NCBI GenBank assembly: GCA_026413945.1 | Contig: JAOAJX010000001.1 | Coordinates: forward strand, 128,001 to 192,000 | DNA: 64,000 nt | Origin: Candidatus Iainarchaeum sp. | GTDB lineage: Archaea > Iainarchaeota > Iainarchaeia > Iainarchaeales > DTGL01 | Direction: 5' to 3' | Shown: piece by piece, positions 1-9,161 of the stretch | Layout of the letters: every line of letters starts with the position of its first letter | How positions within the stretch are numbered: the first letter of the stretch is position 1 | Position numbers and translations under genes: made by a program | Notes under the pieces: generated by a model | Told to the model about the DNA's origin: nothing | The model's input: the letters and a program-made list of their open reading frames with translations, nothing else | Database searches by the model: none

Positions 1-588
1 ATGGTACAGCTTCCTTTAGAAAAGGGGGGACTTGAAGGCAAAGCAATATATATCGACTCAGAGTCAAGCTTTAGACCTGAAAGAATCGTTCAGATAGCAG
101 AGGCTAGAGGCCTTGAGCCCAAAAACGTTTTAAAAAACATATTTGTAGCCAGAGCATATAATGCTGATCACCAAATATTACTTACAGAAAAAGCTGATGA
201 GATTATTAAAAAAGAAGGCGTTCGTCTATTGGTTGTTGATTCCCTCACATCGCAGTTTAGAGCAGAGTATATTGGCAGAGGAATGCTTGCGGAAAGACAG
301 CAAAAATTAAATAAGCACATGCATCAGCTGGCAAGAATGGCTGAAATGCATAATCTTTGCGTTTTAGTTACAAATCAGGTTATGGAAAGGCCAGATATAC
401 TATTTGGAGATCCCACTGCACCGGTTGGCGGGAATATTGTAGGTCATGCATCAAAAACCCGTTTGTATCTCAGGCAGAGCAAAGGGGAAAAAAGGGTAGC
501 AAGACTAATAGATTCGCCGAGCTTACCTGATGGGGAGGCAATATACAAAATAACTGAACGCGGCATAGAAGACGTTGATTCTGAGTAA
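1..588 (+). CDS. radA: DNA repair and recombination protein RadA (5'-truncated by window edge)
   Basis: [53 protein letters not shown] and [10 protein letters not shown] are RadA/Rad51 motifs. Confidence 0.96.
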   Translation: MVQLPLEKGGLEGKAIYIDSESSFRPERIVQIAEARGLEPKNVLKNIFVARAYNADHQILLTEKADEIIKKEGVRLLVVDSLTSQFRAEYIGRGMLAERQQKLNKHMHQLARMAEMHNLCVLVTNQVMERPDILFGDPTAPVGGNIVGHASKTRLYLRQSKGEKRVARLIDSPSLPDGEAIYKITERGIEDVDSE

Positions 589-705
589 ACGATAGTAACC
601 AGATCATGAATAGTTTTTTTGAAGCTTGAAAAACAATTATTCAAAGAGATAAGAAAGAAGTAAGAGCAACAAAAGTTTTATTAAATTACAGTTTGTTATT
701 ATTAC

Positions 706-1383
706 ATGCCTAAACTTCCTGCCCTTTTTATAAACTTCAAGCTATATGAATCTGGTACTGGAAAAAAAGCATTAGAAACCGCAAAAATAATTGAAAAATC
801 AGTTTATGGCAAAGATATTGGTGTTATACTTGTTGTTCAAGCATGTGATATACGGCTTATAGCACAAAATGTTAGCTTGCCAATTTTTGCACAACATATC
901 GATCCTGTAACATATGGGGCGTATACTGGCCATATATTACCCGAAGCGATAAAAGAAGCTGGTGCAATCGGTACGATCTTAAATCATGCTGAGAACAAAA
1001 GAGATGATAATTTTCTTGGGTTGGCAATAAAGCGTGCTAAAGAGTGTGGGCTTGAAGTAATGGTTTGTGCAGAATCAGTTGAAAGGGCTAAAAAAATTGC
1101 TTCTTTTTTGATAAAACCGGATTTGATTGCAATAGAGCCACCTGAGCTAATATCTGGAGATATATCTGTTTCAACTGCAAAGCCAGAGCTCATAAGTAAG
1201 GTTGTTTCATTGGTTGGCAAGAAAAACGCAATACCAATAATAACAGGTGCTGGAATAAAAAATTCACTCGATGTTAGAAAATCTATCGAGCTCGGCTGTT
1301 CTGGTGTTTTTGTAGCATCTGGTATAATGAAAGCCAAAGATAAAGAAAAGGAAATTGGTGAGCTTTTGTCTGGCTTTGAATGA
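706..1383 (+). CDS. tpiA: Triosephosphate isomerase, archaeal short type
   Basis: INFKLY, FAQHID, LNHAEN, AIEPPELI, GAGI; 225 aa. Confidence 0.95.
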   Translation: MPKLPALFINFKLYESGTGKKALETAKIIEKSVYGKDIGVILVVQACDIRLIAQNVSLPIFAQHIDPVTYGAYTGHILPEAIKEAGAIGTILNHAENKRDDNFLGLAIKRAKECGLEVMVCAESVERAKKIASFLIKPDLIAIEPPELISGDISVSTAKPELISKVVSLVGKKNAIPIITGAGIKNSLDVRKSIELGCSGVFVASGIMKAKDKEKEIGELLSGFE

Positions 1384-1392
1384 GGTGATTTT

Positions 1393-2514
1393 ATGATAAA
1401 AGCCAAAGATCTTATTTTGAGAGATATTGCAAAAATAGATGCTGAAGCGAAAATATCAGAAGCTTTTAGTATGATGCTTAAGCTTGGCGAAGATAGTTTA
1501 GCTGTTTTTTCAGGAGACTCTTTTTTAGGTTTAGTATCCCTTAGGGAATTCCTTAGGAGACATAGGTTTTACTCTGAAGCAAAGGTTAAGTCTTTTGTTG
1601 AAAGCAGAGTGCCGTTTCTATTGGAAGAAGATAGTTTAAGCAGAATTGCTGAGCAAATGTATCATTCTGGCCAAAAAATACTGCCTGTTATGCGGTTAAA
1701 TAAGATTGTTGGGTTTGTACATGTAAGAGATGTGCTATCACATGCGCTTAAAGATAAAAATATCGCTAATATCAAACTCAATAATATTTGCTCTAAGATT
1801 GTTATAGCACAAAAAGAAGATAGCATAGCAAAAGTTTTGTCAATAATGCGTAAGATTGATGTGAAGCAGGTACCAATAGTAGATAACAATAATGAATATT
1901 GTGGTTTAGTAACTTTAGATGGTCTTATAGAGAAATATTTCATACATGCAACTAAAAACGGCCTTTTCTCTCTATACGGCAGAAGACCAGAATCAAAAAG
2001 GATATTGGATATAAAGGTTCGAGAGCTTTTGGAAGAAACTAAAACTTTCCATCCTTTAGACAATTTAATAAATGTAAAGGATGAGCTTATTGCTAACAGT
2101 GTCGTTTTGTTGGTGGATGGTCAAAATATTACTGGGGTTGTTACAGTGAACGATGTCCTTAAGGTATTAATGCATGAAGAAGAGCCAAGTTACAGGATAC
2201 AGATATCAGACATGCCTAAGTTGAGCAAGTTGGATGAAGAAAAGGCAAGGGCAAAAATAAAGAGTATCTATGAGAAAATCAAAAGAATTTTACATGATGA
2301 TGTGATGCTCTCAATACACTTCAAATCGCAGAAAAAAACAGGATTGCGAGCCAAGCATTTTGTGAAAGCCAAAGTAACTTCTGGAAGCTTTAAATTTAAT
2401 GCCTCTTCAGAATCATGGAATTTGTTTACTGCATTAGAGAATGTACTTAGCATATTGAGTAAAGAAGCTTTAAAAAATTCTAAAAGGAGATGTAGAAAAG
2501 GTTACATAAAATAG
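1393..2514 (+). CDS. Four-CBS-domain protein with C-terminal HPF/RaiA-like domain (putative ribosome hibernation factor)
   Basis: CBS repeats (GLVSLREF, LPVM..GFVHVRDV, VPIVD..GLVTLD, GVVTVNDV) followed by a ~95 aa beta-alpha-beta-beta-beta-alpha tail (RIQIS..LSIHFK..HFVKAKV..FNASSESWNLFTALENVL); GAGGTGA SD. Confidence 0.75.
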   Translation: MIKAKDLILRDIAKIDAEAKISEAFSMMLKLGEDSLAVFSGDSFLGLVSLREFLRRHRFYSEAKVKSFVESRVPFLLEEDSLSRIAEQMYHSGQKILPVMRLNKIVGFVHVRDVLSHALKDKNIANIKLNNICSKIVIAQKEDSIAKVLSIMRKIDVKQVPIVDNNNEYCGLVTLDGLIEKYFIHATKNGLFSLYGRRPESKRILDIKVRELLEETKTFHPLDNLINVKDELIANSVVLLVDGQNITGVVTVNDVLKVLMHEEEPSYRIQISDMPKLSKLDEEKARAKIKSIYEKIKRILHDDVMLSIHFKSQKKTGLRAKHFVKAKVTSGSFKFNASSESWNLFTALENVLSILSKEALKNSKRRCRKGYIK

Positions 2515-2522
2515 TTCTTTGA

Positions 2523-2785
2523 GTGGGCATTCCGAAGTTGACAATAGACTAAAAACAAAGTTTGCCCACAGCATACCTCCGCTCTGAGATCCCACAGCAC
2601 TTCACTATGCGGCTACCGTTGCTCCCTTCCGGGCCTAGCGGGTTCACCACAAAGTGAAGCCGGTGGGGGCAAAGCATCAATGTTTTGCTGTGGCTTTGCT
2701 TTTAGCCTAAAGCCTTCTCCGGAACTTCAGCCCGGCATAAAGCGGATTTCCGGTACAGGGAACCGCTAGCTCCCCGGCCTAGCCC
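2523..2785 (-). ncRNA. ffs: Archaeal SRP RNA (7S)
   Basis: Minus strand starts GGGCTAGGCCGGGGAGCTAGCGGTTCCCTGTACCGGAAATCCGC (archaeal Alu domain) and contains helix 8 CCCGCTAGGCCCGGAAGGGAGCAACGGTAG; 3' end approximate. Confidence 0.92.
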
Positions 2786-2889
2786 ACAATAAATTATTGT
2801 TTATTTGGGTTTTTAAGGATAGCGTCAAATAGTGCCACAACCATTAACAAATCACTTGTAACTATAATTACTTTTTATTAATTATTTAG

Positions 2890-4728
2890 ATGAATATATT
2901 TGTGGGTTGCGAAGTAGAATGCGAGCTTTTTTTTAGAAAGTTGGTCGAAGTTCTTGATAATATTAGCCTTAATAATGTAATAAAGGCTTTTGATTTTGCC
3001 AAAAAGTTTTCTGATGAAAAAAAATTTTGCCATCAATTGAGAACAGCAATAATAGCTTTAGAACTAAAACTTGATCAAAGAACTATTGCGGCCTGCTTAA
3101 TTCATGAGTTAAAGGAAAAGCTCCCTTTTGCTAAAGTAGATGGAAAGACAAAAGAAATAGTAATAGAATCTGCAAATATTTGCGATATAAAGGAAAGAAA
3201 TTTTAGACGCCTTAGCAGTGAGAGTTTAGCAAAAATACTTTTGGCTTCATCAAAAGATGTTAGAGGCATAATAGTTGAGATATTATCTCAGCTTGATAAA
3301 ATGAGATGCCTTCAAAAGAGTAAAAACATGGCAACATCGAGGGAAGCAAAAATTACTCTTGAAATACATTCGAAGATAGCTCAAAGACTGGGGCTTGTAG
3401 AAGTTAGCTCGGAATTGCAAGATTTGGCAATGTCAATTGTTTTTCCAAAAGAGTACAAAGTAACAAAAGCAAAAATGTTTAATAAGATCCCAAATCCACA
3501 AGAAATCATGGAAAAAGCAAAACTAGTTATAAAGGAAATTCTGGATCGTCAAGGCATGGCTGCAGCAGTACAAGGCCGAGTTAAAAGCGTCTATAGCACA
3601 TATAAGAAGCATCAAGAAGAAGGAAGAAAAGTTGAAGAAATAAAGGATCTTATAGGCATAAGGATAATATGCGGCTCAATAAGAGATTGTTATAAAGCAC
3701 TAGTAGCGATTATTGAGTCGTTTGAGTTGATTGGAAAGGTTGATGATTATATTATCAATCCAAAAGAAAATAGGTACCGGTCAATACATCTGGTTGTAAA
3801 ATTAGTTGGATATCCTGTTGAAATTCAAATAAGAACTATTGAAATGCATAGAGATGCTGAATATGGCGTTGCTGCACATTGGCGTTATAAGAAAGGTTAT
3901 CAATACAGTGAATTAGATTCTGCTTTATCTTTGGCAAAGCAATTAGTGGAGCTTCAGCAAAACTTAGCAAAAAACCTTTTTGATTATGTGAAATTTTCAA
4001 TTACTGATGATTTCATTTTTGTTTTTACTCCAAAGAAAGATGTTATTATATTGCCAAAAAAGGCCACTATTCTGGATTTCGCATACGCTATTCACACTGA
4101 TTTAGGAAACAAATTCAAATATGGTTTAGTAAATAATATCAAGAGGCCTATTAATTATAGGCTAAATTGTGGAGACACGGTAAAAATTATTCGTGGAAAG
4201 ACAAAAACAGTCAGCCTGAAGTGGCTAAAATTTGTTAAAACTCGAAAAGCAAAATCAGCCATAAGGAAAGAATTTGGGGTCAAAAAAAGTAAATTTAAGA
4301 AAGTAATTGTGACTCCAAAAATTGGTGAAAGAATTATTATTGCGAAGTGTTGCATGCCGTTGCCGGGGGATACCTTTGTTGGATATGAAACAAGAAAAAA
4401 CGAGATTACAATTCACAGGGTTGACTGCGCACTTTTATCACACCTTTCTGATAAAAAGATATTTTTAGTTAATCAGAGCATACTTAAAAAGAAAAGATAT
4501 GCTGTAAGAATTGAAGCATGGGCTTTTAGAAGGGCAGATATACTGAGTGATTTATTTAAGGAGCTAGAAAAAAACAAAGTAAAAGTGCTTAATAGTGAGA
4601 TTAAAATAGACTCCCAAAACACAATAAGAATGTTATTCGACCTCAAAATAAGAGATCGTACACACTTGGAAAGAGTGAGCAGAGCACTTGAGAAAACTCA
4701 AAATGTAATCTACGCAGAAAGGGTTTAG
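2890..4728 (+). CDS. Long RelA/SpoT homolog: (p)ppGpp synthetase with degenerate HD domain, plus TGS, zinc-binding and ACT domains
   Basis: GRVKSVYSTYKK, DLIGIRII, DDYIINPKENRYRSIH, EIQIRT, AEYGVAAHWRYK; TGS FTPK..DFAYAIHT; AKCCMPLPGD..HRVDC; C-terminal ACT. Confidence 0.93.
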   Translation: MNIFVGCEVECELFFRKLVEVLDNISLNNVIKAFDFAKKFSDEKKFCHQLRTAIIALELKLDQRTIAACLIHELKEKLPFAKVDGKTKEIVIESANICDIKERNFRRLSSESLAKILLASSKDVRGIIVEILSQLDKMRCLQKSKNMATSREAKITLEIHSKIAQRLGLVEVSSELQDLAMSIVFPKEYKVTKAKMFNKIPNPQEIMEKAKLVIKEILDRQGMAAAVQGRVKSVYSTYKKHQEEGRKVEEIKDLIGIRIICGSIRDCYKALVAIIESFELIGKVDDYIINPKENRYRSIHLVVKLVGYPVEIQIRTIEMHRDAEYGVAAHWRYKKGYQYSELDSALSLAKQLVELQQNLAKNLFDYVKFSITDDFIFVFTPKKDVIILPKKATILDFAYAIHTDLGNKFKYGLVNNIKRPINYRLNCGDTVKIIRGKTKTVSLKWLKFVKTRKAKSAIRKEFGVKKSKFKKVIVTPKIGERIIIAKCCMPLPGDTFVGYETRKNEITIHRVDCALLSHLSDKKIFLVNQSILKKKRYAVRIEAWAFRRADILSDLFKELEKNKVKVLNSEIKIDSQNTIRMLFDLKIRDRTHLERVSRALEKTQNVIYAERV

Positions 4729-4860
4729 CAATGTTTTGGAGATAGAAATAAATATGGCTGTGCATATTATACTATTGGTAGTTCATAAGAAATAACAAAT
4801 TGCTGGCTTTTAACCAGCAGGTAAAGAGGAAAATCAATAGTAAGTTAAGAAGGTGATTTA

Positions 4861-5595
4861 ATGAAGAAAACAAAAACAGGCATATATGGTCTCGATGAGC
4901 TCATCGATGGTGGTTTCCCTACAGGTAGGACAATATTAGTTAGTGGCTCTTGTGGTTCTGGAAAAACCACCTTTGGAATACAATATATTTACAATGGTGC
5001 TGAGCTCTATAATGAGCCAGGTATATATGTAACACTTGATGAAAGACCATCACTGCTTAGAGAAGATTGTCTAAATTTTGGCTGGGATTTAAAAGAACTA
5101 GAAAACAAGAACATGATAAGAATAATTGATGGCACTGTTGCTAGAATGGGGTTCCCTACAGAGGAAGAGTTTGCTTTACCGAGCACAGGTCTTGACATAG
5201 ATAAGCTTCTTTTAGAAATATTAGCATCAATAAAGAGGTTTGGGGCCAAGAGGATTGTTATAGATTCAGTAGCATCTCTTGGACTTACTTTGAGAACAGA
5301 AGAAGATATAAGAAGAGGGCTTCTGAAGCTAAATTATCTCTTAGGTAAAGCCGGTACAACCTCCTTGCTTATATCAGAAATAGAAGTAGACGATAAAAGA
5401 TTTAGCAAATATGGTGTTGAAGAATACATTGCAGATGGAGTAATACTTATGCATTATATCGGAGTCGGTGGCGGCATAACTAGGGCTCTACAAGTTGTAA
5501 AAATGCGTGGTGTAAAGCATTCTGAGTATATACATCCTTTAGAGATAACAAAAAGAGGGATTGAAGTAAAGAGGATTGAGCAAGCAGACATTTGA
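4861..5595 (+). CDS. Single-domain KaiC-like / RAD55-family ATPase
   Basis: TGIYGLDELIDGGFP, Walker A GSCGSGKT, RIVIDS, VVKMRG; AGGTGA SD. Confidence 0.9.
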   Translation: MKKTKTGIYGLDELIDGGFPTGRTILVSGSCGSGKTTFGIQYIYNGAELYNEPGIYVTLDERPSLLREDCLNFGWDLKELENKNMIRIIDGTVARMGFPTEEEFALPSTGLDIDKLLLEILASIKRFGAKRIVIDSVASLGLTLRTEEDIRRGLLKLNYLLGKAGTTSLLISEIEVDDKRFSKYGVEEYIADGVILMHYIGVGGGITRALQVVKMRGVKHSEYIHPLEITKRGIEVKRIEQADI

Positions 5596-5625
5596 GTTAT
5601 TGATTTAGACCCTAATTTTGTTTAG

Positions 5626-5697
5626 TGGGGCGGGCGAGACTCGAACTCGCGACACCACGGTCTTCAGCCGTGTGCTCTCCCTCTGAGCTACCGCCCC
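5626..5697 (-). tRNA. tRNA-Phe(GAA)
   Basis: GGGGCGGTAGCTCAGAGGGAGAGCACACGG-CTGAAGA-CCGTGGTGTCGCGAGTTCGAGTCTCGCCCGCCCCA; CCA not encoded. Confidence 0.96.
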
Positions 5698-5725
5698 GGC
5701 TAATGAGAATATAGCAAGAGATCTT

Positions 5726-7234
5726 TTAAACATCACTTTGTGGTCTCATATGTGGGAATAATATGACTTCTTTTATTGATGTCTTGTTTGCTAAGAACAT
5801 AATTAATCTGTCTATGCCAATTCCTACACCACCCGTTGGTGGTAAGCCGTAACCAAGAGCCTTTATATAATCATAATCCACTAATTTTGTAACGTTATCT
5901 TTTTCGAGGGCAATTTGTGACTCTAGTCTTTCTTTTTGTTCTATTGGATCGTTGAGTTCTGAAAAACCATTTGCAAGTTCATAACCATTGACAAATAGCT
6001 CAAACCTTTCTGTAAAATAATTTTTATCTCTGCTTTTCTTTGCCAGAGGAGATACTTCAATTGGGAATTCTGTTACAAATGTTGGTTGTATCAAAGAATC
6101 TTCTACAAAATTTTCAAAGAGAAGTACAACTAGCTCGCCTTTGGTCTCAATATTTTCTGCTTCTTTTAGTCCTTTTTTTTGGGCCTCAGTCAATAGTTTT
6201 TTGAAACTTAAGGACTCAACATCAATATCCAGAAAATCTTTTATGAGATCGCTCATGCTTTTAATCTTCCATTTTGGCTTAAAGTCAATTTCAGTATCAG
6301 CAAATTTAATCTTATATTTACCGTTTGTCTCTTTTATAACCTCACTTATAAGCTCTTCAGTTAATTCCATCATGCCATTATAGTCTTTATATGTCTCATA
6401 TATCTCAATCATTGTAAATTCGGGGTTATGTAATGTGTCTATGCTTTCGTTTCTAAAATTTTTTGCAATTTCGAAAACCTTTTCAAAACCACCAACTACG
6501 AGGCGCTTTAGATATAATTCTGGTGCTATACGAAGATATAGCTTCTGTTTTAGAAAATTATGATATGTTTCAAATGGTTTTGCTTTTGCACCACCATAAA
6601 TTGGCTGTAATATTGGAGTTTCAACTTCTATGAATCCTTTGGATTCTAATATGTGTCTTATTTTAGATATTGCTTTTGCTCTCTTTAGGAAGACATCTCT
6701 AGTCTCCTGATTACAGATAAGGTCAAGATGTCTTTCGCGATATCTTCTTTCTGTATCTTGAAGGCCATGAAACTTTTCTGGAAGAGTTGCGATAGACTTT
6801 GAGAGAAGAACATAATTGTTCACCCAAACGGTAAGTTCGCCCATCTTTGTTCTAAAAACCCAACCATTTAAGCCGATTATATCACCAGTATCAATTAACT
6901 CCTTGAAGAAATGGAATTTCTCTCTGCCAAGTTCATCTTCTTTTAGGTATAATTGTATCTTGCCAGTAAAATCTCTAATATCCGCGAATATTGCTTTGCC
7001 ATGGTGTCTAATAGCATAAATTCTCCCAGCTAATGAAACAGTTTCTTTTGCTTTCTCGTGTGTTGCTTTTTCATATTTTTTTATAACAGCATCTATTCTT
7101 TGTGGATTCTCAAAACTATATTCATAAGGGTTAACTTTACTTGAGATTATTTTTTTGAGTTTACCTATTTTTATTTCATCGAAGCCAAGCTTCTTAATTT
7201 CTAGGTCATTTAATGTATTCTCCAAAAACATCAC
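5726..7234 (-). CDS. lysS: Lysyl-tRNA synthetase, class II (bacterial/eukaryal type)
   Basis: N-terminal OB fold (LAGRI..GKAIFADI), FIEVETPILQ, YLRIAPELYLKRL, NFRNE..HNPEFT, motif 3 GLPPTGGVGIGIDRL. Confidence 0.96.
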   Translation of the reverse strand: MMFLENTLNDLEIKKLGFDEIKIGKLKKIISSKVNPYEYSFENPQRIDAVIKKYEKATHEKAKETVSLAGRIYAIRHHGKAIFADIRDFTGKIQLYLKEDELGREKFHFFKELIDTGDIIGLNGWVFRTKMGELTVWVNNYVLLSKSIATLPEKFHGLQDTERRYRERHLDLICNQETRDVFLKRAKAISKIRHILESKGFIEVETPILQPIYGGAKAKPFETYHNFLKQKLYLRIAPELYLKRLVVGGFEKVFEIAKNFRNESIDTLHNPEFTMIEIYETYKDYNGMMELTEELISEVIKETNGKYKIKFADTEIDFKPKWKIKSMSDLIKDFLDIDVESLSFKKLLTEAQKKGLKEAENIETKGELVVLLFENFVEDSLIQPTFVTEFPIEVSPLAKKSRDKNYFTERFELFVNGYELANGFSELNDPIEQKERLESQIALEKDNVTKLVDYDYIKALGYGLPPTGGVGIGIDRLIMFLANKTSIKEVILFPHMRPQSDV

Positions 7235-7244
7235 TTCTTTTTAT

Positions 7245-7332
7245 TGGGGCTGCTGGGATTTGAACCCGGGTCTCCAGCTTTTTTGAATGATTCCCAAAGC
7301 TGGTATGCTAAGCCAAACTACACCACAGCCCC
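7245..7332 (-). tRNA. tRNA-Pro(TGG) with 13-nt intron at position 37/38 (7280-7292)
   Basis: GGGGCTGTGGTGTAGTTTGGCTTAGCATACCAGC-TTTGGG[AATCATTCAAAAA]A-GCTGGAGACCCGGGTTCAAATCCCAGCAGCCCCA. Confidence 0.92.
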
Positions 7333-7334
7333 TT

Positions 7335-7407
7335 TGGGCCCGACGGGACTTGAACCCGCGACACCTGGATTAAAAGTCCAGTGCTCTGCCAGCTGAGCTA
7401 CGGGCCC
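7335..7407 (-). tRNA. tRNA-Lys(TTT)
   Basis: GGGCCCGTAGCTCAGCTGGCAGAGCACTGGA-CTTTTAA-TCCAGGTGTCGCGGGTTCAAGTCCCGTCGGGCCCA. Confidence 0.96.
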
Positions 7408-7541
7408 ACAAAGTTATAAAATATCATTTTGTAGAAAATACATAAAAGAGTTGCACCGAGCTATTTAAAAAACTGCCATACTGTGTGATAATAAAAAGTA
7501 TTTACACAAAAGTTAATTAAGAGTTTTGCTGAAAGAAATAA

Positions 7542-8078
7542 ATGATGCCAGAAGTGGTAGTTCTTAGGTATGGTCATAGGCCTATTAGGGATGAACGTGT
7601 TACAACACACTGTTGTTTGGTTGCAAGAGCTTTTGGTGCTGATGAAATAACAATAATAGGCAATACAGATGAAAATCTAAAAAAAAGGATTGAGAAAGTA
7701 GTTAAAAATTGGGGCGGAAGATTTAAGGTTGATTTTAAAAAATCTTGGTTAGAAGAGGTCAGAAGACTTAAAGAAGAAGGTTTTAGTATAGTTCATCTTA
7801 CAATGTATGGAAAACCTCTTGAAAAAATAATTGAAGATATTAGAAAGCATAAAAAAATAGCAATAATTGTTGGCTCAAAGAAGGTTGAACCTAATGTGTA
7901 TATTGAAAGTGATTATAACATATGTGTTACAAAACAGCCACACAGTGAAATTGCTGCTCTTGCAGTTTTTCTTGATTGGTACTTTGATGGGTCTGAGCTT
8001 TCGAAAGCTTTTGCTGGTGCAAAAATGAAAGCAACAGAAAAAAAATTTAAAAAAACAGGTGGAAAAAATGGCTTTTAA
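7542..8078 (+). CDS. trm56: tRNA (cytidine56-2'-O)-methyltransferase aTrm56
   Basis: LRYGHRPIRDERVTTHCCLVARAFGA, VHLTMYG, QPHSEIAALAVFLD. Confidence 0.95.
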   Translation: MMPEVVVLRYGHRPIRDERVTTHCCLVARAFGADEITIIGNTDENLKKRIEKVVKNWGGRFKVDFKKSWLEEVRRLKEEGFSIVHLTMYGKPLEKIIEDIRKHKKIAIIVGSKKVEPNVYIESDYNICVTKQPHSEIAALAVFLDWYFDGSELSKAFAGAKMKATEKKFKKTGGKNGF

Positions 8079-8595
8079 AATATATAAAGAGGCGGCATTT
8101 GTTGATTTTTTAAATAAAAATGCCGGGAAGGGTTCACACTTAGTAGTTGTAGTATTGTGGGAAAGTCGCAAACCAATGAAAGATGAAAAAATAGCTGATA
8201 AAACAGGTCTTAAAGTAACAGAGGTGAGGACAATATTAAATAGGCTGCATTACCGTGGCATAGCAAACTATGAAAAGGAAAGAAATGAAAAAAGTGGCTG
8301 GTATAATTATAGTTGGTTTATTGACAAGAAAAAGCTCATAGGGCTTATAATAGAAGAGCTTTGTGAAACAGCAGATAAGCTAGAAAAAGAGAAAACAATA
8401 AAAGAGAATTATACAATATTTGTATGTAAGCAGGGTTGCTCAGAGATTCCTTTCGAAATTGCGGCAGAATATAATTTCAGATGTCCGGAATGTGGAAGAG
8501 ACATGAATTGTATTAATCCGAAAAAGCTTAAAAATGAGATCAGGAAGAAAGTAATTTCAATTAAGAAGCAGATTGAGGCTTTGAAAAAGGCATAA
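8068..8595 (+). CDS. tfe: Transcription factor E (TFE alpha)
   Basis: wHTH (DEKIADKTGLKVTEVRTILNRL..GWYNYSW) plus Zn ribbon (FVCKQGC..FRCPECG); start moved to the ATG after AGGTGG. Confidence 0.92.
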   Translation: MAFKIYKEAAFVDFLNKNAGKGSHLVVVVLWESRKPMKDEKIADKTGLKVTEVRTILNRLHYRGIANYEKERNEKSGWYNYSWFIDKKKLIGLIIEELCETADKLEKEKTIKENYTIFVCKQGCSEIPFEIAAEYNFRCPECGRDMNCINPKKLKNEIRKKVISIKKQIEALKKA

Positions 8596-8766
8596 TTACG
8601 CAAAATGTTGGACAAATAATGCATAAGATGGTGAAATTTTATTTTAAATAAATATTAATTATAAAGATTTATTTTAGGAATTGGTCGTTTAATAAGGTTA
8701 TTTAGAAAAAAATAGCCTAAAAATCTGAAAAAATATATTAAATAAGTCCAAAAAAGTTATTTTTGT

Positions 8767-8841
8767 AGCGGGGTGGGGCAGCTTGGAGTGCCCGTCGGGC
8801 TCATAACCCGAAGGTCGATGGTTCAAATCCATCCCCCGCTA
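8767..8841 (+). tRNA. Initiator tRNA-Met(CAT)
   Basis: AGCGGGGTGGGGCAGCTTGGAGTGCCCGTCGGG-CTCATAA-CCCGA..; A1:U72 pair and three G:C pairs in the anticodon stem. Confidence 0.96.
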
Positions 8842-9161
8842 TAATTAAATTTTTAATATCTTTTTAAAGTTAAAAACAAATTTTACAAAATTTTGCTATG
8901 TAAATTAAAATATTTTATAAAATTTTATAAGAAGTAACTATGTAATAAGTTTATAAAAAACTTTTTAGAGATGTTTGGGTTTAAATCAAATATGTAATAG
9001 TCTTCAAATTGAAGTATTTTATATGAAATATTTTATAAAGTGGTTTAAGAAAAGTTATTTTATAACTATGTAATTTTAGAAAATCTTTCATTACTTGTAA
9101 TTACTAAAATTAATGGTTTTTACCGTAAGTTTTTTAAGTAAATACTGTAATAAATGTAAAT

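Noticed and set aside
4861-5595. Circadian clock KaiC
   Set aside because: Single domain, no Ser-Thr phosphosite pair at the expected place, and no kaiA or kaiB
8600-9160. Replication origin
   Set aside because: AT-rich but no ORB-like motif or orc1/cdc6 gene; sampled skew and gene orientation suggest convergence instead
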